From Sarea resinae (lineage: Eukaryota): 64,000 nucleotides of DNA. Where the stretch lies: NCBI GenBank assembly GCA_026026165.1, contig JAPEUD010000003.1, positions 372,001 to 436,000 of the forward strand. The letters are read 5' to 3'. Shown one piece after another: positions 1 through 12,056 of the stretch. Positions within the stretch are counted from its first letter, which is position 1; every line of letters begins with the position of its first letter. A program made the translations under genes and the position numbers. The notes beneath the pieces are model-generated. The model did not search any database. It saw only the letters and a list, made by a program, of their open reading frames with translations, and was not told the DNA's origin.

Positions 1-82
1 CCTCCGCCATCCGCATCCTTTAACGATCCCCATCACCTATCGTCGCTCGTTTCAACCCTCTCTTGTCCTCAACCTCACCGAC

Positions 83-1092
83 ATGGCGCCTCTGATATCC
101 TTTAAAGGCGTTCTCGTAGCCTGCGCTGTTCTTCTTGCCACCGTGTCCGCTCAGACCGACTCACAGCTCGTGGGAACATGGACGACCAAGTCACGCAAGG
201 TCCTCACTGGCCCGGTACGTGCTCTATATATAATTCAAGCGCATGACGACGCCCGCGATATCTGCTGGGGTCGCCATGATGCTCACCCAGCGCCCATTCA
301 ACACGAAGAGAGGACATGCAGCTGACCGAGCGTGCTTAGGGCTTCTATGATCCGGTGGGAGAGAAATTCATCGAGCCCGATCTCACGGGAATCTCGTATT
401 CGTTCACGGCGGATGGCTTCTTCGAGGAAGCGTATTATCGAGCTATCTCCAACCGTGAGTTTCCCTATCGCAATCTTCGTCGAGCTCATCCTGATGATGA
501 CGGCCGCCAGCAACCAACCCATCGTGCCCATCGGGCATTATGCAATTCCAGCACGGCAAATACACAGTCGCGTCAAACGGATCCCTTCTCCTGACCCCCT
601 TCGCCGTCGACGGCCGACAACTGCTCTCCGAACCCTGCGAAGCCACCAACGCAGTCTACACGCGATACAACCAGTCCGAGATCTTCGAGGTACGCCTGCA
701 ATCTGCATTCTCTCCCCCTCTCTCGAGAAACACTAGCACCGCTAACACGCAAGAAACTCCCACAGCGATACGAAGTCCAGACAGACGGCTACCACAACGT
801 GCTCCGGCTAAACCTCTACCAATTCGACGGCACCCCGATGAACCCCATGTACATAGCCTACAAACCGCCACAGATGCTGCCGACGCAGACTCTGAACCCG
901 ACCGCCACCGCCACTGGCGGCACCACCTCCACAGGCAGTAGCAAGGTGAAGCGCGGCCTGGCGGAGGAGGTCCCGAGACCGCTCAACTACCGCGTCATGC
1001 AGAAGCGCAGCGGGGTCATTGACGCGGATAAGTGGTGGTGGTTCGGCGTCGGCATGACCGCCCTGGGCGGCGTTACCTATTTCTGCTTCTAG
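83..1092 (+). CDS. ROT1: ER chaperone Rot1 (signal peptide, C-terminal TM); exons 83-214, 340-454, 511-689, 766-1092
   Basis: Spliced product contains [87 protein letters not shown] and a terminal [14 protein letters not shown]; three GT-AG introns keep the frame. Confidence 0.93.
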
Positions 1093-2244
1093 ATTGGCTC
1101 CGTCTGCTCTGGGTTATATCTCGTCTTATCGTGTCATTTCTGAAGAGAGCTTATTACAAAAAAGAAGGCGACGAGACAAACTTTCATCATGGCCACCTCG
1201 GAGGAGCACAGACGCAGCGGAGGAGAAGCGGAGGTTGGGGCTATCTCATAGAATGACTTTTTCACGCTCAGCGGACACAGGGGGCGGGGGTGTTTACATA
1301 TCGGGATTTTTCTTTTTTCTGTTTTCGATCTCGGGTTTTTCTTTTCACCATTGCGTGCTACGCCGCCATTCATCCATCCTTCTACCTCCCATCGTTCCCC
1401 ATTTCTCTTTCTACGTTTTCTTCGTTTTTCTTTCACATCTTGATGGGCGTTCTCGTACTTTTCTTCTTATCTAGGCGTTTTTCCCGCGTGCGCGAGACAA
1501 ATGTTTTTCTCCCTGCCTTTTTCTCTGCTAAGCTAGATGGCTACATACTGAACCAGCTACTCAAGTGGGTAGCTGAGCTTATATTGCACCATTACCTTAC
1601 CTTGCCTCTTCTTACCGTGCCGTACCGTATCTGACCTTACCCTACCTTATCGTAGGTTCAGTAGGGCTCCTCTTATGAGCCGCGTACAGTAATGTCTGAT
1701 ATGAGTACCAAAAGCCATGGATGGATAGATGGACGGATGAATAGAGAAATCTCATCCTGTCTCGATACCTAGAGGATCGAGATGCTGATGTAGCCTGTGA
1801 TAAACAAACAGCCCATTAGCTTCCAATCTGCTCTGCTGCATAGATAGGAGAATCGCAGCCTCAAAGATAGATCTGTGCTCTGTGCCATTCATTCATTCGT
1901 TCATTCATTCAGACAGGCCTATGGTTGTTCCTCAAGAAGTAAAACACCGAAATCGAAATTTCCGTGGCTCTTTAGGATTTCAACAACGTTATTTTTTCAT
2001 GGATTATCATCATTATGGGGATGATCGTGAATGAGGAAGCTTTTTCTTTTTGGGAATAATGCATCTTCGGGATGGGCTGACAGAAGGAGAACATTTTCCT
2101 GGCTGAGACTTACGATCTAAAGAGCCCCGTCCCCGTCGCTCCCGTCGCTCCCGCTAGAGAGACGGCATCATTTTTGCCTTTTTGGGACAGCGGCTAAACG
2201 ATTTTGGATTTGTGGGATGATGTTCGATGAGACTCAGGGCAAGC

Positions 2245-3280
2245 TTATGTTGGGGTCTCTCTCAGAATCCCAACGTGCACCACAAAGCCGGAGTTTTCTC
2301 TCAGCCCCTCCATCAGTACTTCGTCGGGAAGTCGCCAGACGCGAAACCAGCGATGGAATTCACGCAGCCACGCCTCGAATACGTCGGGTGAGCGCAGCTG
2401 CTGCGCCACGATGCAGACCGTGGGGTTTTGCTGCTGCTGCTGCTGCTGCTGCTGGTTGTCTTCAGCTGCTTTCTGGCGACGAATGTTGCACAACTCTCTA
2501 CATGTCTGGACAAATGGGGCGACGAGCGCTTCGTTGTAGATACAGTCACAGGCTATGAGGGCGTCGAGGCCCATTTGCTCTTGCGTCGGGAGCGAGGATG
2601 CCGAGTCTGTTTCCCAGTCCAGGGGCATTACGTGGACGTTACCAGTCTCGACATCAATGCTACTCTTCGGGTCCGCATGTTGATGGCCCCGCTTGGAATG
2701 GCTCGCCTTGATCTTCTTCTTATGCGACTCTGTGGCCTTGGAAGAGGGAAGCTGATTCTCTGAGATGTTTTGCCTCAGTAGTTTGAGGACATAGTCTTGG
2801 TCCGTGGCGATGTATATGCCGATCTTGGGAGCAAGAGTCAAGGCCACGATGCCCGAGACGCCAGTGCCGAGCTCGAGGACATCCGAGTGCGGCGTTATGA
2901 TAGATGAGCGGAAGAAGATATTGGAGGAATCAGAGATGAAGGCGGCGAAGAGCGGGGTGATCTTCCAGACCACGGCGCCAGTGGTTCCCTGGGTGCGGTT
3001 AGAGGAGAGCAGGGTGGGAGATTGGTGAATGAGGAGGTCGTTGCTGGAGATTGTGAGGGCGATGGTGGAGGATTTGGGGTCGACGAAGCCGAGGTTTTGA
3101 GAGGGGATGGACTGCGTGAAGAGGAGGAAGGACTCTGCGAGATGGTGTTGCTCTTGTCTGAGCTTTGTGTATGTGATAGTTGGAGTGGGGGAAGGGGACG
3201 AGGCTTTGAGATCTATTACCTTCTTCTGGATCTGTCACCTCATCGCCCAAGAGCTTGAGGAAACCGTCGATGGGGCTCAT
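2245..3280 (-). CDS. RKM5: Methyltransf_16 (seven-beta-strand) lysine methyltransferase, Rkm5-like; exons 3280-3220, 3134-2245
   Basis: EESFLLF..IPSQNLGFVD, QSPTLLSSNR..GTTGAVVWKITP, SAM motif VLELGTGVSG, YIATDQ, PLDWE, IACDCIYNEALV, AQQLRSPDVFEAW. Confidence 0.78.
2429..2454. repeat. (CAG/CTG)n trinucleotide repeat encoding a polyQ tract in the methyltransferase
   Basis: tgctgctgctgctgctgctgctgctg read directly; NQQQQQQQQQN in the protein. Confidence 0.9.
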
Positions 3281-3846
3281 GGTCGTTGTGATTGTCTTGG
3301 AATGGACGTGCGTAGGAGTGAAGTCATATTGATTCTTTTTGAATCCAATGGACTGTGAAGGCGTGGCGGAGGCGTGGCGGTGATGTGGCGGCGATGGCGT
3401 ACTACGCGTACGTACCTCAGTAAGGTAGGTAGCCCGTCGTCATGGCCGGCTGCCAGATGTCGTGGGGGTACTTGAGTTGATGAGGGCTTGCTCGCATGAG
3501 ATCTGGTATCGGCTTGACTGGATTTGTCTAGCTCTCCCAACGAAGGACAGCAGGACCGCAGGACAGCAAATCGGGTACTTTACTACTCTACGGCGCCGAA
3601 TGCCCCCAGCCACTGCCTCTGGCCGTCCAGATTACCGAGAAGGTGCTTGAGCAGTGACGCTTCCATGCTTTCCTTTCCGTAAGGTCGTAGCCCGTAGTAC
3701 GAATACATCTCAACCTCACAGCTCTGAGGTAAATAAGGCAACCTTTCTTTGCCTCATTACTTCCTACCTTGACCAACCCTCCCCCCCCAGAATCCTACAC
3801 CTCCCATACCCATCTCATCCATTTCCACATCATCATCATCATCATC

Positions 3847-6158
3847 ATGTCGCAGAAGAATCAGTTCTTCATTCCGCGCATCGTCAAGCGGCCGCCTTTT
3901 TCCGTCGATGCTCCAGGCTATGAACCTGTTGAGGGGGAGACGATTCCTCGCCGCAACCCGCGGACTCAGAACAAGCTGAAGACGCAGCCCGAAGAGGGCA
4001 TTGCGACCATCTACGACATCGTCAAGCGTAGCTCGCTGAAGTACGGAAACGCCAAGGCCGTGGGCGCCCGAAAGCTGGTCAAGACCCACAATGAGGTGAA
4101 GAAGATCAAGAAGAAGGTCGATGGCAAGGACGTCGAGGTGGACAAGACATGGACCTACTTCGAACTCAGCGAGTACACGTACATGAGCTTCGTTGAGTAT
4201 GAGAGGATGACCCTGCAGCTCGGAGCCGGTCTGAGGAAACTCGGAATGAACAAGGAAGATCGACTACACATCTTTGCCGCAACGAGCTCCCACTGGCTTG
4301 GAATGGCCCATGGTATGGGATGATACTGGAAGTCTAGTCCAACGCAAACAAGCTAACAAATTCCTAGGCGCTCTTTCTCAGTCTATGCCTATCGTCACCG
4401 CGTACGACACTCTCGGCGAAGAAGGTCTCAAGCATTCGCTGGCCGAGACCCGTGCCAAGGCCATCTTCCTCGACCCCCACCTTTTGGCGAAGCTCGTCAA
4501 CCCCTTGAAGGAGGCAAAGGAGATTAGATATGTCATCTACAACAGCCAAGGAGAGGTCAAGCAGCAGCACATCGACGCTCTGAAAAAGGAGCACGAATAC
4601 CTGACCATTATGAGCATAGACGAGCTGAAGGAGCTGGGTGAGAGTAATTCCGTTGACCCTGTTCCGCCAGAGGCCGAGGACCTTTGCTGTATCATGTATA
4701 CATCTGGTTCTACCGGGACACCGAAAGGTGTACCGTTGAAGCACAAGAACGTGGTTGCCGCAGGTAAGTTCGCGAAAGCCTTGGCCTAATCAGATATGTC
4801 TCTAATGATTTCCCCAGTCACTGGCGTGGATGTTATTGTCGGAGATTACCTAGGACCGGGCGACTCTCTGTTGACATATCTCCCTCTCGCGCACATTCTC
4901 GAGTTCGTCTTTGAGAATGCCTGTCTCTACTGGGGTGGAACTATGGGATATGGCAATCCTAGGACACTATCAGACACTTCAGTCCGCAATTGCAAGGGAG
5001 ACATTCGCGAATTCAAGCCTACGATTCTCGTTGGTGTTCCGGCTGTCTGGGAGCAAGTGAAGAAGGGTATCGTTGCCAAGGTCACCCAGAGCAGCTTTGT
5101 CGTTCGAAACCTCTTCTGGGGCGCTCTGGCTGCCAAAAGCTTTATGATGTCCGCCGGCCTTCCAGGTAGTGGTATCTTGGACACAGTGGTCTTCAAGAAA
5201 ATCAAGGAAGCAACCGGGGGACGTTTGAGAATATGCATGAACGGCGGTGGCCCCATTGCCAAGGATACTCAGCGCTTCATTTCTATGGCGATTACGCCCA
5301 TGATTGGAGGGTATGGTCTTACCGAAACCACAGCGTAAGTGTTCACGCCCGCAATGGCCAGCTCGTGTGCTTACAGTCATCGATAGTATGGGTGCTCTTA
5401 TGGACCCAATGTCATGGACAGATGATGCTCTGGGTGAGATACCCGGATGCGTCGAGATCAAACTTGTCGATTTCCCCGATGCCGGATACTTCGCAAAGAA
5501 CAACCCGCCTCAGGGTGAGATCTGGATCCGCGGTGATAGTGTCATGACAGGCTATTACAACAACGACCAGGAGACGAAGGACTCATTGACTTCCGACGGC
5601 TGGTTCAAGACTGGAGATATTGGCGAATTTGACCACAACGGTCACTTGAAAATCGTTGACCGCAAGAAGAACTTGGTTAAGACTCAAAATGGAGAGTACA
5701 TCGCTTTGGAGAAGCTTGAATCTATCTACCGTTCCGCCACTATCGTCGCCAATATCTGCGTCTATGCTGCCCAGGACAAGAACAAGCCCGTCGCCATTAT
5801 TGTGCCTGCTGAACCAGCCCTCAAAAAATTGGCCTCTGAGAATGGCATCGAAGGGACAGGTGTTGAGGATCTAGTTCACAACGAGAGGCTACAGGATATT
5901 GTCCTCGGAGAATTGCAAACGGCAGGAAAGAAGGGAGGACTATCGGCCATTGAGATCATCCAAGGTGTTGTACTAGCCGACGAAGAATGGACACCGCAGA
6001 ACGTGAGTTTTGAACCTTTTAAATTCCTTGGTATTATTCTGACTGGTTTTCGTCATACGTTATAGGGTCTCGTCACGTCCGCACAAAAACTGAACCGAAG
6101 GGGTATTCTTCAGAAGTACCAGAAGGACGTCGATCGGGCTTATGCCCATGGAGGCTAA
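3847..6158 (+). CDS. FAA1: Long-chain fatty acid-CoA ligase; exons 3847-4312, 4368-4763, 4818-5334, 5387-6002, 6066-6158
   Basis: AMP-binding motif IMYTSGSTGTPKGV, YLPLAHILE, GYGLTET, DGWFKTGDIG, IVDRKKNLVKTQNGEYIALEKLE, WTPQN|GLVTSAQKLNR; four canonical introns. Confidence 0.95.
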
Positions 6159-7019
6159 CGGACTTGAGCCTGATAAGGTCTTCCTACTCTCCTCTTGCAT
6201 GTAATGGCCTTTTTCATGTTCTTTCTGGACTATTGCCAGAATATTTCACACTGCGGCTCAGATAAGTGCAACACAGGAGCCGGCAGAAAAGCTTGTCTTT
6301 TAATCACACCAACCCTCTAGCACTGCAGTTTTTTCCAATTTTTCCCATTTTCATTCCCCTCATGATTCTCGTCTTCGGGGGACTTTTTTCGAACAAGCGA
6401 TGGATACCTGCGTGCCCGTCTTGCACTGCCTTGCGCTGTACTGTAATCAAGACATGAAATGAATCTACTCAAGTAAGAAATATATGGTGTTCCGGAAGAT
6501 TGGACTGACGACGATAGAACGTAACCTTTCGTCTGTACGTTCTAAAAGATGTTTGTAGCTGCGTTGTTGTCTTGAATTTGCCATTGAACGATCGATAGCT
6601 TCTAGCAAAAGTCTCAAAGGTGGCCCATCAGATTCTTGGAGTGCGCCTTACAAAGTACAAAGTAAAGGCGATGACCTTAAGGGAAGGTAAATACCATCCT
6701 CCCTAGTAGTCGACTCGGAAGGTTGCCTTGCTAGGAAGTGGAAGGGTCTGTGGATGGATGGATGCTGAGGCTAGATGTATATGCGGGCGCATAATGGGGG
6801 CCGCTGATACATAGGGTAACCTGCTGTTGCTCAGCTTTCCGAAAGGACGCGTTGCTTGTTACTTGACGGACCAGACACGCCAGAAAGGGAATGCATTCTT
6901 GAGGAGCTTGGGAGTCGACATCTCGCCCATTCTCTGTTCAAATTACACCTATCTGGCGGGTTGTGACCTCGACGACAGCCCTCTAGGAGCTTTGCATTTC
7001 GGATACAGACGCGGACGTC

Positions 7020-8105
7020 ATGGCTAGCTCTGCAAACCCCTACGAGCATTATGAGAGCCCCTCTGTTGAGCAAGACCTCATCGACCCTGACGACGGTAAC
7101 GACCCTTGATATGTTATATATCGTGTATCGTGAATCAGGAACTCATTCTATCTAGCGGATCTCAATGATCTCGATGACCCTCTCACTCAAGACACCTCCG
7201 ACCGTGCGCCATTGACTGGCAACATCCAATCTTCAAACAACCCGATTCCTCGGTCTTATTTGACCTCCTCAATCCCCGGCGAGGATCGTCGTGCCCCAAC
7301 CAATACCATCGACGAGAGCGTATGGGATACTCTATCGAGGGATCTCCTCGCCGTATGGGAGAAGATGAGACAGGTTCTCTGGCCAAAGTATCTACTGGGG
7401 GGCTTGCTACAGAGAGGAGGCGGAATTGGCGGTGCCGAAAGGGCTGAGGGCGGTAGCCTTGCAGGAGGGGCGAGAGGGTTAGTAGGCCGATGGCCTGATG
7501 CGGAGGTCGTGTTGCAAGGAGGTATGAGCGAGGGCTTGAGGGACTGGGACTTGTGGTGCGTATTCCGATCCAAGATACACAGCGAATGGCAATACTACAA
7601 GTGGATGAGAAGGCTAGGAGCTGACGCAGAGGCTATACAGGGGTCCTCTTGTTTTCACCTTGCTGTTGAGTCTGCTGCTCTCTATGACAGCACAACATGA
7701 TCAGAAGTCGCTGGTGTTCTCTGGAGTGTTTGCTATCACCTGGATAGGAGAAGCCGTGGTAACATTACAGATCAAGCTGCTCGGTGGCAACATGTATGAT
7801 CTCCGATGACTTGCGAGCGACAGTGATACGGTTCTGACCAGATTGTGCTTTCCAGATCCTTTTTCCAGTCGGTCTGCATCATCGGTTACACGCTCTTCCC
7901 GCTGGTCATCGCCGCTCTTCTCAGTGCTGTTCACCTGCTCGCCATCGCAAGAATACCCATCTACATTGTCCTCGTCGCTTGGTCATTAGCTGCCGGTGTC
8001 AGTATCCTCGGAGGTTCGGGGGTGGTTCGGAACCGTGTGGGGATCGCGGTATTTCCTCTGTTTGTCTTCTATGTTAGCTTGGGATGTCTGTGCTTTATCA
8101 GCTAG
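7020..8105 (+). CDS. YIP4: Yip1-domain Golgi membrane protein (Yip4/YIPF6-like); exons 7020-7095, 7156-7555, 7641-7793, 7856-8105
   Basis: NTIDESVWDTLSRDL, LRDWDLW|GPLVF, QIKLLGGNI|SFFQSVCIIGYTLFPLV and several TM segments. Confidence 0.87.
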
Positions 8106-9139
8106 AGGGTTTGACTGGCGTCCAGAGGCTTCGCGGCCTTGCATGACCGATATCGTCTGTTTGCGATTGACGAGTATCAGAAATTCCAGAACATTTGCTC
8201 CTGATGTCCCACGATGACGACTTCAACCGTAGAGCCGTATCTAGATACCTATTCGTCCAAGATCAAACCTCTGTGGTGCAAAGAACTAGTGGCCATCGAT
8301 AGCTGGTAGACGTCCTGTGAAATGTGGGAGCGAAGCGATGTATTCTATGGCTCGGTATTCGTAGAGATCGAAGGAGATGGTTTCAAGACTATGGAGGTCC
8401 CCCGGTGTTGATGTGTTGGCGCGCGCCCCTCGCCAAATCGCCATGATCCTGTCGGCTCTACTGTGTATCTCCCGTGCGTTGATGGCGCCGCCACATGCCC
8501 TGCTCGACGACACTTGGAACCTGAACGGCCACTCGAACTCGACACCACGCCTCATTGGCGATTTTCTTCACTATCACCCATCATTTGCACTCTGGGACTT
8601 GCGAGGCTTGTTCTCATCTATCTACCATCTGTGACTGGCAGCCACTCCGATCAGACAAGTCCGCTCGCGTCCGTCTCTCGGATTGATGCGACACCCCACT
8701 TTAGACAAGTCCTCAGCTACCTCAAGGTCGCCCTCACCGCACAACGTCACCATCTCGAAACACCGACGGCGCGCCCATTCCTACCATATCTATCGCCCTT
8801 CCCCGTCCTTGATAGGCCGATAGACAACAAAGGAATTGACTGATACATCTGGCGAGGATTATCGATCGCCATATTTCTCGACGGCTAAGCTGCTGTCAAT
8901 TTCTCTTGGGGCCGACGAGTGGAATTCTTCGCTATCGCCAGTGATCACAGATCTCGGCGTTCATAAGCATCACGAGAGATCCTTCTCTGTATCTCATCCG
9001 CACATAGACCAGCTTGGGAATACGCGGGGAGGTCTGAATCTACACACCTGGCCTCCCAACCAACCTCGGTGACACCGTAACCTGATCACCCTCCGAGTTT
9101 CGATCTGTCAACTCAAGGCGAGCGAAACAGGCCTTGAGT

Positions 9140-11074
9140 ATGGACTCGTCAAATGAGGCGGACCGTATCTCGGACAACGACGCGGCCGAGCGGCCTGTCC
9201 GCGAAAAATTAAAGAAGACCTCGATCGCAACCTTGCCGAAAGACGGAATTGTGCCAACGAACGGGGAAGATGCTGAGGGTAGCACAGATGGGAGTACGAC
9301 ATCCAGACGCGCTGAGCCGCAGACCGGCAGTGATAACGACAATAACGAAAGGGGACGATCTACCAGAAAGAGGTCTTTTGAAGGCAACGATACAGAGGAC
9401 ATGGACATTCAACACAACGGTGAAGAGGCATCGAACACGACTGCGGAACAAGGAGGGCATACTAGGAAGAGGTCTCGGGATATCGGTGCTGAGAATGATA
9501 CCGTAAAACAGTATCCACGAAGGGAGAAATCCGATGCAGTCTCGATCGACGAAGGAAACGAAGATCACGAAGGATCTAATGGGCCCAGCACGAATGAAGA
9601 CGGTCCACCTGAACAGACCGATCAGGAGCGTCTAGTCCGATCGCCTACCCTTGAGAAGGCTGGCGTGTTGAGTCCACGAAAAAAGCGTAGTAGGGATCAG
9701 TTTGATAAAGACCTCGACAAAGCAGGGCTCACTCCTATCGAAGCGGAGCCGGAGCAGCGGAAGAGTCTTGACGAGGGGGAAGATCTTGAGATGCCTGCTG
9801 GTCGGGGCAGTAGGAGCAGTAGAGACGAACCGGAAAAGAAGAGGCATCGGGATACATCACAAGGACCTGCTAAGGAGGAAGAGAAAGTGGAGGAGAAGGT
9901 CAGTTCACTCATCTCGTCAGCATTCGGGTCGTCCTAACGAGTAGCTTTAGGTCCCTCCCAAAAGTGGCTTCTCTGATACGTCGATTGTTTCGCCCTTCGG
10001 AGCTCTTGCTAGGAGCAAGTCTCCGGCAGGTGAAGTTTCATCAGCTATAGGAAGCACTTCCCCCACCACTAACCAGCATCGGGCCACTTCTCCTTCAGCC
10101 TTTGCAGCTTCTGGATTCGCAGCTATGGCTGGGTCAAGTGCATCTCCATTTGGTGTCCTTGGCTCATCCTCGGGTTTCGGCGCACTTGGTTCTTCGGGTA
10201 AGCCTTCTGGATTTGCTAGCTTCAAAGGAGACTCGGACATTCCAACCAATGGAACTTTTGGCTCAGGGCCAACGACAAGTACCGGACTCTCTTCCCCGCC
10301 GGGAGCTACATCTGGGTTCTCGGGATCTACTGGCTTTGGTACACTGGGCGGCAGCTTTGGAAGTCCTTTTGGTGGTGTTGGTGGGGGCTTGAAAAGCTTC
10401 GCGTCTCAAGGTGGCCCGGGAATAATTGGGCTCAACGACAAGCCGGCAAGACCATTTGGGACACCGGCAAACGACGAAGACGAGGGGGATGAAGACGGGG
10501 AAGCGGCCCGTGAGGGAAGTGCCAAACCTGAAGAAGAACACGAGAAGGAGGAAAAGAGGTTCCGTCCACAGGAAGGTAAGTCATCCAGGGCAATCCTCTG
10601 GGCCGCAAAGCATAAAGTCCTGACCATCTTACAGTTGACACTGGTGAGAAAGGCGAAACCGCAAAATTCGCCTGCAGATCAAAACTTTACGCCTTCACCG
10701 GAAAGGAATGGAAAGAGCGTGGGACTGGAACCTTCAAGCTGAACATTCCCGAAGCAGGTGCGGATGGGGAGGGCAAGAAGGCACGTCTTCTGATGCGCAC
10801 GGAACAAGTCTACAAGGTCATCCTTAATATTCCTATCAAGGACTTGGAGGTACAGACCAAGGGGAGGAGCCTGACTTTTATCGAAGTGGACGAGCATAGC
10901 AAGCCTATTCTATTACAGCTCAGGGTATGCAAGCCAGATATCTCTTCCGCTTTTTTATCTGTCTTCTAATCCAGCCCGGAATGCTAACATCTTCTTTGCT
11001 GTATCCAGACGAGGAATGAAGATGTAGCCAAAGAAGCCCTCGAGCAGATACGAAAGGAGCAGGAAAATCTATAG
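9140..11074 (+). CDS. RanBP1-domain, FG/SGF-rich nucleoporin-like protein (Yrb2/RanBP3-like); exons 9140-9898, 9951-10575, 10635-10924, 11009-11074
   Basis: N-terminal ERPVREKLKKTSI, NLS-like RKKRSRD, SPFG/SGFG repeats, Ran-binding domain VDTGEKGE..RSKLYAF..EWKERGTGTFKLN..ARLLMR..KVILN recovered after splicing. Confidence 0.87.
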
Positions 11075-12056
11075 ATCATTCATTTCTGCGTCCGTTCCTT
11101 CGTGAAAAACTTTGGAGGATTACGCGGCTTGAATTGCCGTCAAGATGGTGAAAGAGCTCTACTCCCGAATCTATCCTCTCGAGAAAGTTCGAAATCCAAC
11201 GCCCGGCTCAGTTACTGGTCTGAAGTATTCCTTCGAAGAGGCGGGGCAGTTCTCAATTACGTCATGCTCTTTCCCTTGGTGCAATCACTTAGACGGAGGT
11301 TGCGTTCAAGTCGCGTTGTCTTTCGGTGTCTAGCATTTCCTAGCGTCTAGGAGTCCTTTCTTGGCTGTCACGACTGGCCCGTCTCTCGGTTTTCCATCTA
11401 TCTTCGAGAATGTCCCTCTCTTGCGTGCCAGCGCAGGCTGACTAGAAGGGAGTCTAAAAGAACGAAGCAGGACTATTAGCGTTCTTCATCTGCGGGTCGC
11501 GATAACCTCTGTCCCCGCTTCTCTCCATCCTGGCTTGTGGCGTAACATAAGAGTACTGGCTTCTTCGTTTCAGGCTACATAGTTGGGCCTGGCTTTGTTT
11601 TTTTTTGTGCGCTTCATCATAGGTAGTGTATGAATGGGAGACGAGGTCTCGGCATGATTCGAGAGAGGGAACTTCTGAAAACGACTGAAGCATCTGTGGC
11701 ATCGACGGTGGTAATTGGAGAGGGATGGAAGCATCACAGTATATCTAGAGCAGAAGAAAATCCAAATGCGGACTAAACATCTGAGAAGTGACTATTCGCG
11801 CGGATGCAATAGCCAACGTAGAGACACTCTTGCTCGGTTCCCCCTTAAGGCACGGGCTGGCGAGTGGCAATCAGAAGACGCGAACTCAAGCACTTTGTCC
11901 GTATCTACTATCTACACGTGACTTGGCGCTTTATCGCGTCTACTCGTATGGCGTATTGACTCGAAGTTGAACTCGACGCTTCGAGCCTGGACGTCAAGAC
12001 AATTGTCCAAACCGTGTCCATGCCTGACATAGCGATCTTCTTTACTCTTGTTCAAG

